DNA from: an uncultured Chloroflexia bacterium
GTDB taxonomy: Bacteria > Chloroflexota > Chloroflexia > QHBQ01 > JADMIH01
Length of the DNA stretch: 64,000 nt
Reading direction: 5' to 3'
Assembly: GCA_963797095.1 (NCBI GenBank)
Contig: CAWCNY010000004.1
Coordinates: forward strand, 64,001-128,000
Below the pieces are notes generated by a model. It did no database searches. It worked only from the letters and a program-made list of their open reading frames with translations, and was not told the origin of the DNA. Made by a program: the position numbers and the translations under genes. Below, one piece after another: positions 39,559-47,039 of the stretch. The stretch's first letter is position 1. Every line of letters begins with the position of its first letter.

Positions 39559-41811
39559 TCAATCAGGACTCCGCAAGCGCTCGATGAGACCGGAGTAGCG
39601 GCTGGTTGAAGTATCAGTGTGAACTGCGCGCCTGAGGGCTACAGGGGAGCCTGCCAGTACCACCAGGCTTCGGGCACGACTCACAGCGGTGTATAGGAGG
39701 TTGCGCTGCAAGAGCCGCCCCTGCTGTGGAAGGACGGGGATGATGACGGCCCGGTACTCGCTGCCCTGGGCCTTATGCACCGAAATAGCGTAGGCGTGAG
39801 CCAGCTCGTCCAGCTCCTGAAAGGTATATTCAACGGCCAATTCTCCGTCGAAGCTAACATGAAGCGCTTGCTCCTCAAGATCGATGCGAGCAATACGCCC
39901 AAGCTCGCCATTGGAGACCTGCCTGTCGTAGTCATTTACGACCTGCATCACTTTGTCGCCAACCCTGAATATGCGATTGCCAAAGCGTCGTTCGTCCTTG
40001 TGTGGGGCGGGAGGATTGAGCACCGCTTGCAGGTTCACGTTCAATGCCTCTATACCACACACGCCCGCGTAAATTGGCGAGAGCACCTGGATATCTTCCA
40101 TAGGGTTCAGCCCGAACTTATCCGGCACGCGCTTCGTCGCGAGGTCCACGACCAGCGCGGCGCAGTCGGCGGGATCTGGTTGGTTGAAGAAGAAGAAGTC
40201 GGTCACCTGCTTGCCATACACAGGCAACTCACCCGCGTTAATGCGGTGTGCATTCGAGACGATGGCGCTGCCTTCCGGCTGCCGGAAAATCGTCTCGAGG
40301 CGGGTGATTGGCACGGTATGGCTGGCGATTATGTCTCGGAAGACCGCGCCTGGCCCTACAGGAGGTAGCTGGTCTGCGTCTCCAACGAGCACAAGGTGAG
40401 CGCCAGCCGGTACTGCCTTCAGGAGAGCCTCGGCCAACTGGAGGTCCATCATGGATGCTTCGTCAATAATTATCAGATCGGCATTGAGGGGAGCGCGCAC
40501 TTCGTAGGCCCCGCCGGGACGCAACTCAAGCATTCGATGGATGGTGGCGGCGGGCGCCCCGGTTGCCTCCGACAGTCGCTTGGCGGCGCGCCCGGTTGGA
40601 GCCGCCAGTTCGACAGTGCCACCTCGAGCCTGCACCAGGCGGACGATTGAGCGCAAAGTGGTGGTCTTGCCAGTGCCCGGCCCGCCCGTTATCACTGCAA
40701 CGCGGCTTGTGAGCGCGGAGCGGACCGCCTCCTGTTGCTGTTGAGTCAGGTGCACCGTTTCGCGGCTGCTCAGGTAGCGCAAGGCCGTTTGCCAATCGAG
40801 ATCGTGCAGTATGCTAAGCCGGTCTTTGCCATGCGACAGATTCTTCAAAGCATCATAGATCGAGGTTTCGGCGGAGTATAGCTCAGGAAGATAAACCACC
40901 TTCTGGATGCCTTGACCGTTGAGCGATAGCTGATCGAGGTGGAAGTAGCCCGCTTCGTGCAAAGATGGAAGGAGTGCTTCGACTGTGCCCGGATTGAGCG
41001 ACAGGAGCCGTGCGGCACGCGGCAGTAAGCGGCCAAGGGGCAAGAATGCATCACCGTGGGCAGCGGCGTCTCGCAGGACGGAGGCTATACCGGCCCCGAC
41101 GCGCGGGGGGGCATCGGGGGCCACGCCGGAACGGGCTGCGATGGCGTCGGCCACCTCGAAGGAGATCCCATAAACCTCGGCGGCGAGCCTGTAGGGCTGG
41201 TCGCGCACGATAGCTTTAGCGGCTGTGCCATATTTGCGAAGGATACGCACAGCCAGGGCCACAGGCAGTCCCTGACTTTGCAGGAAGACCATCAACTCTT
41301 TGAGGGCACGCCTCTCGCGCCAGGCTTCGGCAATAGAGAGAGCCTTGCGGGCGCCCATGCCCGGCACTTCGACTAGCCGGTCGGGTTCGTTATCCAAGAC
41401 GTGTAGCGTTTCAAGACCGAAGGTGTTGGCGATATGCTCGGCCATCACCGGGCCAACTCCTTTGAGAAGGCCGGAGCCAAGATAGCGCTTGAGGGCCGCC
41501 AGCGTGCCAGGTGTGGCCGATTGATAGCGGGTTACTGAGAATTGCCGCCCATATTGCGGGTGACTCACCCATTCGCCTTCGACGCGGAGACCTTCGCCGA
41601 TGCTGATGGCAGGGAGATAGCCTGCGATTGTGATAAGTTGCTTTTGGCGGGGCACCTTGAGGCGCGCGATGGTCCAGCCGTTCTCCTCGTTGATATAGGT
41701 GATGCGGTCGATAATGCCGTCGATCGCTTGCTCGGCGGGGTTGACATCTTCACTTTGTGGGGATGTTCTTGCGGCGTCCATTGTTGCAAAAGATCTTGTT
41801 CGGGTCTTCAT
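39559..41811 (-). CDS. recD2: ATP-dependent RecD2 helicase
   Basis: N-terminal OB/HhH region (YLGSGLLKGVGP), GGPGTGKT, APTGRAAKR, IDEASM, GDADQLPPVGPG, HKAQGSEY, YTAVSRA. True start may be the second Met (41781). Confidence 0.95.
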   Translation of the reverse strand: MKTRTRSFATMDAARTSPQSEDVNPAEQAIDGIIDRITYINEENGWTIARLKVPRQKQLITIAGYLPAISIGEGLRVEGEWVSHPQYGRQFSVTRYQSATPGTLAALKRYLGSGLLKGVGPVMAEHIANTFGLETLHVLDNEPDRLVEVPGMGARKALSIAEAWRERRALKELMVFLQSQGLPVALAVRILRKYGTAAKAIVRDQPYRLAAEVYGISFEVADAIAARSGVAPDAPPRVGAGIASVLRDAAAHGDAFLPLGRLLPRAARLLSLNPGTVEALLPSLHEAGYFHLDQLSLNGQGIQKVVYLPELYSAETSIYDALKNLSHGKDRLSILHDLDWQTALRYLSSRETVHLTQQQQEAVRSALTSRVAVITGGPGTGKTTTLRSIVRLVQARGGTVELAAPTGRAAKRLSEATGAPAATIHRMLELRPGGAYEVRAPLNADLIIIDEASMMDLQLAEALLKAVPAGAHLVLVGDADQLPPVGPGAVFRDIIASHTVPITRLETIFRQPEGSAIVSNAHRINAGELPVYGKQVTDFFFFNQPDPADCAALVVDLATKRVPDKFGLNPMEDIQVLSPIYAGVCGIEALNVNLQAVLNPPAPHKDERRFGNRIFRVGDKVMQVVNDYDRQVSNGELGRIARIDLEEQALHVSFDGELAVEYTFQELDELAHAYAISVHKAQGSEYRAVIIPVLPQQGRLLQRNLLYTAVSRARSLVVLAGSPVALRRAVHTDTSTSRYSGLIERLRSPD

Positions 41812-41842
41812 CGAATTATACCCTCATCGCCGAGACAAATAC

Positions 41843-41873
41843 GAAGGACGACAGCCGCTCCCGGCGTCGTCCT
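41843..41873 (-). terminator. Hairpin between ssb and recD2
   Basis: AAGGACGAC...GTCGTCCTT stem with a weak U-rich tail on the minus strand. Confidence 0.5.
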
Positions 41874-41903
41874 TTGCGAATGGATTGAGCGATATTCGAA
41901 CGG

Positions 41904-42380
41904 TTAGAAGGGAATGTCGTCAATGTCCATTTCGGGGTCGGCGGTTGTCCGACCTGCGGCCCTGGTCGCGGTGGCGCGCCTTGCGCCCGCTCCGACCGGC
42001 TCTGGACGCGAGGCGACCTCCGGCTCTTCGGGCTGTGGCGTGCCGTTCGGCTTCTGGTCAAGGATCAGCATGTCGGAGGCCACTATCTCGGTCTTGTATT
42101 GCTTCTGGCCGTTCCAGTCCCAGGAGCGTGTGTGCAGACGCCCTTCGATGTATACGAGGCGGCCCTTTGCGAGAAAGTCGCCGCAAATCCGGGCTAACTT
42201 GTCCCAAACAACTATGGTGTGCCACTCGGTCTCTTCCTGAAGGGTGCCGTCCTTAGCGGGCCACTGCCGGTTGGTCGCCAGGTTGAAGGTCGCCACAGGC
42301 ATACCGGCCTGCGTGTAGCGCATCTCAGGGTCAGCGCCGAGCCGCCCGATCAATTGCACTCTGTTCAATGTCTTCGCCAT
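41904..42380 (-). CDS. ssb: Single-stranded DNA-binding protein
   Basis: LNRVQLIGRLGADPE, TEWH, KGRLVYIEGRL.TRSW, acidic tail DIDDIPF. Confidence 0.97.
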   Translation of the reverse strand: MAKTLNRVQLIGRLGADPEMRYTQAGMPVATFNLATNRQWPAKDGTLQEETEWHTIVVWDKLARICGDFLAKGRLVYIEGRLHTRSWDWNGQKQYKTEIVASDMLILDQKPNGTPQPEEPEVASRPEPVGAGARRATATRAAGRTTADPEMDIDDIPF

Positions 42381-42469
42381 CTCTCTATCTCCTGTTCAAA
42401 GCTAATACTCTGCGATAACAGGTGCTCAGATGCACCCCGACTGAGCGGGACGCACGATAGGCACTACTT

Positions 42470-43255
42470 TCAGCCAACCTTGCCGGTGCGGGGTTGGAAC
42501 GACTGGCCTCCATCAATTGCCCTCAGCGGTGGGCGATTACTTGTGGCCGGGGACGCTTGCCGGGGCCTTGCCGCGGCAGCATCGCGGGCTGTTGTGCCTA
42601 CCTCGGCAAGGCGCGGAGCGGCAGCACGCGGCCCTTCCGCAGGTCCGTTGCGGGAATCGGAAAAGTCGCGGCCCTGAGAGGCAGCGCGTCCGGCCAACTT
42701 GGCGTCAAGCTCCCGTATCTTCTCGGCCACGATCCTGTGGTGGTGTGCTGTTTCGTAGGCCGCTATGTAGGCACCGACCGCCAGCATGACTTTGATCATG
42801 TCGGGTTCGGTGAGCCTCATGCTCAGTTTGGAAGTAGGCTCGCCTGCCGGTGCGACCGCCCCCAACTCGGTCTTGCGGCCAGGGCCGTTGGCTATGGTCA
42901 GGCGATAGGGGTTGCGGGCGAAACGACCGCCATCGCCTTCGTCCCATTCGACAAGGAGAGTGCGGCTCTCGATTGAGCCGTCGTCACGCTGGCTGCCGCC
43001 GAACTTCTCCCACCTGCCCCCTGTGACGCCTGCAAAAAGGCGGTTAGAAACTAGGTGTGTGAGGAGACGGGCATCTGCTCTGTCAAGCCAGGCGCTGGCG
43101 TGACCTGTTTGCCTCTTGCTGGCCGGGTCGTAGCCGGTGACCTCAACCTTGATCTTGTCGATGCGCAGGGCGTCGTAGATATTCAGGAAGTTCTTGTTCG
43201 TCGCGTAAACGAAGATCTCCGGTGAAAGCCTGCCACTCTTTTCACGCTCTAACAC
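42470..43255 (-). CDS. Hypothetical protein (261 aa) in putative SOS operon
   Basis: GTG start after AAAGGAG. About 180 aa globular beta/alpha domain plus a disordered tail. No family recognised. Confidence 0.8.
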   Translation of the reverse strand: MLEREKSGRLSPEIFVYATNKNFLNIYDALRIDKIKVEVTGYDPASKRQTGHASAWLDRADARLLTHLVSNRLFAGVTGGRWEKFGGSQRDDGSIESRTLLVEWDEGDGGRFARNPYRLTIANGPGRKTELGAVAPAGEPTSKLSMRLTEPDMIKVMLAVGAYIAAYETAHHHRIVAEKIRELDAKLAGRAASQGRDFSDSRNGPAEGPRAAAPRLAEVGTTARDAAAARPRQASPATSNRPPLRAIDGGQSFQPRTGKVG

Positions 43256-43337
43256 TTTCTCACTCCTTTCTCAAACTCCTGACGGCTTTCAAATGTGGGG
43301 AGTTGCGCGTATCGCAGCCGGTCGCCGCTCGCACCCC

Positions 43338-43568
43338 TTACGCGGCTTTGCTCTCAGGCATAGCCAATTCGACAAACCCGCACATAATGAGGCTGGCTAT
43401 GTGGGCGCACCTTGGTTGGCCGCACTCGCATTGGAGACCGGAAGGTGTTACGCGCACTCTTACCGGCCCCTCGCTACCATTGCGCACTGTGTAGCAACCA
43501 TTGCCGCCGCTAACACTGACGCGCGTCAAAGCAGACTTACCTGCGAATTCAAGCGGTTTTCTCTCCAT
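43338..43568 (-). CDS. Small SWIM-type zinc finger protein
   Basis: CECGQPRCAH fits CxC-xn-CxH; SD GGAGG upstream. Confidence 0.75.
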   Translation of the reverse strand: MERKPLEFAGKSALTRVSVSGGNGCYTVRNGSEGPVRVRVTPSGLQCECGQPRCAHIASLIMCGFVELAMPESKAA

Positions 43569-43585
43569 AGCTCACCCTCCAAAGT

Positions 43586-43632
43586 GAACGTTTGTTCTAG
43601 TCTATTATAGCACGCAGGTTCTACTGAGTCAA
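43586..43632 (-). promoter_or_regulatory. Promoter with two LexA-type SOS boxes
   Basis: Minus strand TTGACT-17 bp-TATAAT. Perfect GAAC-N4-GTTC at 43586-43597 and a one-mismatch GAAC-CTGC-GTGC in the spacer (43610-43621). Confidence 0.8.
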
Positions 43633-43703
43633 TAGGCCAACGGTCTACAACATCCTTCAATATTCAGTTCATCTCACGTTGGGATGTACAGGTTGGTTCG
43701 AGA

Positions 43704-45389
43704 TTATGGGCGGTAGTCGTCGGGGGTCAGGCGATAAAGGGCAACACGCAGCATTCTTTCGTGCGGGAGGACGAGCACTCCATGCAGCAATGTCTGGCGG
43801 GCGCTTGAGCGGGAGTTGAGAGCGACTTGGGCACGCGCCAGTGCGAGAAATGCGTCGGCGTTCAACTGGTATTCTTCAGCCAACACGCCCACTTCCAGGG
43901 GGCCGCCGATCCGCAGAGCTTGAAGAAACTCAGATATGCTCGAACCCTGTTTTCCCTCAGCGGCAAGCGCCACCGCCCTATCGATGTGCATTCTATAAGC
44001 ATCTTCGGGGCGCAGGAGGAGATTCGGCTCTCGTCTGCCCACCATCTGAGCGGTGATGACAGCCCTAGCGGCGGGTACCTTTAGTCTTTCGAATGGGAAA
44101 TCGTCGTGCGGGTTCTCCCAGGTGCCAGCCGTACCCCTGCGATTTGTGAGTCGCAAAGCAGGAGGGAAAGCCCACTTGAAGCGCGGAGCCAAACTGCGTG
44201 CGATCAGGAGGCAGCCCAGCACCGCCAGCGCCGCAAGCAGTGCGAACCAGATGAGGTCGGGGCCTTCTACCTGGGAAACCGCAGGCCCGAATGCGGCTTC
44301 CGCAGGCGTGACCAGCTGTGGGCTTGTCGATGCTGAAGACTCGTCTGGCTGAGCGGCCTGTGAGGTGTCAGCGGCTTCGGAGACCGGCGGGGCCGCGGGC
44401 ACAGCCGGGCCACCGCCCTTGGCCAGGGGTGCGGGAACAGGCAGGGCGGCAGCCGGGTTCGCCAGGATGCCGGAGACCACGCCGCTCTGGCTTACGGTCA
44501 GCACGGGATCGCTCGCGCCAGTTGGATCGGCGGCAAGCTTGGCAAAACCATAGTCGAGTATGTCGGCGCTGTCCTGCCACCAGTTCGGGTCGTTCAGCAC
44601 CACAGCAACCAGGCGATGCCCACCCCTTGTGGCCGATGTTACCAGGCACAGCCCACAACCATCCGTCCAGCCGGTCTTGATGCCATCGGCTCCCTCGTAG
44701 CGGGTGAGCATTTCGTTCGTGTTGAGGAGGGCATGGCCCGGGGCCTCGTAATAGGTTTGCGAGACGATGTTGCTAAATTCCGGGATATGTAGCGCGTACC
44801 AGGCTATGCTCGCCAGGTCGTAGGCGGTCGAATAGTGACCTTCGGTATCGAGGCCGTGCGGATTGACAAAGTGAGTGTCGGTAAGGCCAAGCTGTTGGGC
44901 GCGCACATTCATCATGACCGCAAATCGCCCTATTGGGTCCGAACTATCGTCAGACGCGCCGGCGCCGATGGTTGAGCCGAGATGCCGCGCGATAACCATC
45001 GCAGCGTCGTTGCCGGAAGGTAAGAGCATCCCGTAAAGGAGATCTTTCAAAGTTTGCTGCTCGCCGCTCACTAACCCCATAGCGCTCTCGCCAACAATGT
45101 CGTCGGGGGTGGCGGTAGCCACATCGTCCAGGCTCCCATATTCGAGGGCCAGGATGGCGGTCATCATTTTGGTGAGGCTGGCTGGGGCCATGCGCTCGTG
45201 CTCGTTCTTGGCATAGAGAATGCGCCCGCCAGGGTAGTCAACTACGATGGCCGACACCGCCCCGATCCGAGGCCGACCATCCGTCTTTGCTTCCTGGGCA
45301 CGCGCCACACCAGGCAAGAAGGCGCTCAGGGAGAGTACCAGAGTGGTGAGAAGGACGATTGGAGCCAGACGAGCGCGACGACGTACCAT
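43704..45389 (-). CDS. D-alanyl-D-alanine carboxypeptidase (peptidase S11) with TM and C-terminal extension
   Basis: SxxK (ASLTK), SGN, NPHGL, KTG; signal peptide. Confidence 0.9.
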   Translation of the reverse strand: MVRRRARLAPIVLLTTLVLSLSAFLPGVARAQEAKTDGRPRIGAVSAIVVDYPGGRILYAKNEHERMAPASLTKMMTAILALEYGSLDDVATATPDDIVGESAMGLVSGEQQTLKDLLYGMLLPSGNDAAMVIARHLGSTIGAGASDDSSDPIGRFAVMMNVRAQQLGLTDTHFVNPHGLDTEGHYSTAYDLASIAWYALHIPEFSNIVSQTYYEAPGHALLNTNEMLTRYEGADGIKTGWTDGCGLCLVTSATRGGHRLVAVVLNDPNWWQDSADILDYGFAKLAADPTGASDPVLTVSQSGVVSGILANPAAALPVPAPLAKGGGPAVPAAPPVSEAADTSQAAQPDESSASTSPQLVTPAEAAFGPAVSQVEGPDLIWFALLAALAVLGCLLIARSLAPRFKWAFPPALRLTNRRGTAGTWENPHDDFPFERLKVPAARAVITAQMVGRREPNLLLRPEDAYRMHIDRAVALAAEGKQGSSISEFLQALRIGGPLEVGVLAEEYQLNADAFLALARAQVALNSRSSARQTLLHGVLVLPHERMLRVALYRLTPDDYRP

Positions 45390-45529
45390 TAGGAAGCCTC
45401 CGATCAGGATAGTAAGACCCGGCTCGGCAACTGTTCGCCGTCCGGTCGCAAGAGTATAGCAGGGGCATTCCTGGTGCGGAAGCACTTTTCCACAGGATGT
45501 GGAAAGATGCTATGAGGGTTTATTTTCAC

Positions 45530-45955
45530 TCAGATGTCGAGCGCTTCGTACATCGGCTGCAAGCACTCCATGATCTCGCAGAGCCTGCCGGCCACCGAGT
45601 AGACGCGGGCCTCGTCAAGGGGAAATAGAGGCACGGTCTCGTACAGGCGGGTCCAGCCTTTGTCCCATTCTTCGAGCCAGATTGTATCGCCTAGCGTGTC
45701 CTGGATTTCAAGCAGGTGCTTGCCGAAGGCATCATATATGATTCGGTTCCGAATCGCGCTCGATTCGAAGTGGAAGCCCAGTTCCAGTTGCAGTGTGCGC
45801 TCATGGACCCATATTTCGTAGTGCACCGAGCGGTCAACGCCCCACCAGAACTGGGCCAACCGCGAGCGTACAGACGACCTCAGCGGGTTGCCCGCACGCT
45901 CGAAATAGGCCGCGACCTCGCGCGCCACCGACGATATGAAACTGGTGGGAGTCAT
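45530..45955 (-). CDS. Hypothetical protein
   Basis: Coherent ORF (HYEIW..LELGFHFE..EEWDKGWTRLYE). Start uncertain (45955 or 45976). Confidence 0.65.
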   Translation of the reverse strand: MTPTSFISSVAREVAAYFERAGNPLRSSVRSRLAQFWWGVDRSVHYEIWVHERTLQLELGFHFESSAIRNRIIYDAFGKHLLEIQDTLGDTIWLEEWDKGWTRLYETVPLFPLDEARVYSVAGRLCEIMECLQPMYEALDI

Positions 45956-46024
45956 ACTGCCCTGGCCTGAAATCATAGCTCTGGTAATGGCGGAAGTAGC
46001 AATCGAGGCACAAGTCGAGCAATT

Positions 46025-46966
46025 CTAAAGCAAGCCGTAATCCCGCAGCCTTTCTTCGTAGCGGGCTGTCACCCATTGGCGGTGCAAGCCGGTGTGGCCC
46101 TTGCACTGGTGGCGCGAGCAGACGACCTCAGCCTCACCACCCATGAGCGGGCGGAGTTTCTTCCGCAAGCGCTCAAGCTCCCAGTTTTCCCACCCGTCGA
46201 GGGCATGCCACCGGAGCAATCGCTCGGCGAGCCGTCTCAGGACGCCCGGACGGCTGTCGGGCAGGTTGCGGGGGGCAGCGCCTAAAGCGGCGGGCAAGTA
46301 CTTGTCTGCCCAACTGTTCTGTTTGATCATAGAGGTGTAGATGCCATCGCCCGCAAGGGGGACCATTTGAGCAAGCTCGTGAGCGGTGAACAGGTCGCGC
46401 TGATCGAGGCTCAAACTATCGTCGGAGATGATGTAGTTCGGGCACAGGTCGTCACGAAAGAGGCGCGCAAACCGCACCAGCAGCACGATCAAGCGGCGAG
46501 CGATCCACACTCTGCCTTGCTCGGTTACTACCAGGAGATCGATGTCGGGCCGATCGGCGATATTGTTGACCGCCAGCGCGCCAGTGACCGCCACCATCCT
46601 CACGAACGGAAAACGAGCCATCAGCGCCGCGTAGCGGCGGGCGCGCCTCCAAACCCGCCTGGAGGCGCCCTCCCTGGTGGCCCTGGTCTTGAATACCTGC
46701 TCGCGACCGCGCAAGCAATAGAAACCGCCCTCCGACCTACTTACTTTGCTGCCGAGATCGGGACTCATGCCTAGTGTGCTCTCGATATCTTCACTGGTAT
46801 AGTCGGTCTCGATCTGGTAGCGGGTTAGCTCGACAAGGTTCAGGGGGAAGTCGAACAGGTCTGAGTAGACGAGCGCGCGCAGCACGCTGTGTGCGATGTT
46901 CGCATCTGCTGAAGTGCGCCTCGCGCCGACTAACTCACTGGAAACCGTTTGCTGGACAATTTTCAA
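46025..46966 (-). CDS. Pol-beta-like nucleotidyltransferase-domain protein
   Basis: PFVRMVAVTGALA...DIDLLVV resembles the G[SA]..DxD motif; N-terminal YSDLFDFPL, later CPNY. Start approximate. Confidence 0.7.
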   Translation of the reverse strand: MKIVQQTVSSELVGARRTSADANIAHSVLRALVYSDLFDFPLNLVELTRYQIETDYTSEDIESTLGMSPDLGSKVSRSEGGFYCLRGREQVFKTRATREGASRRVWRRARRYAALMARFPFVRMVAVTGALAVNNIADRPDIDLLVVTEQGRVWIARRLIVLLVRFARLFRDDLCPNYIISDDSLSLDQRDLFTAHELAQMVPLAGDGIYTSMIKQNSWADKYLPAALGAAPRNLPDSRPGVLRRLAERLLRWHALDGWENWELERLRKKLRPLMGGEAEVVCSRHQCKGHTGLHRQWVTARYEERLRDYGLL

Positions 46967-47039
46967 ACGCGCCCACACTCCGACCAGGTGATAGTAGCTG
47001 CAACCTGTACCTACGGAGCGCGTTACATGCCTCAGGGGG

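Noticed and set aside
39559-43568. Prophage or ICE interpretation of ssb-recD2
   Set aside because: No integrase, structural or conjugation genes and no att repeats; composition looks like the flanks.
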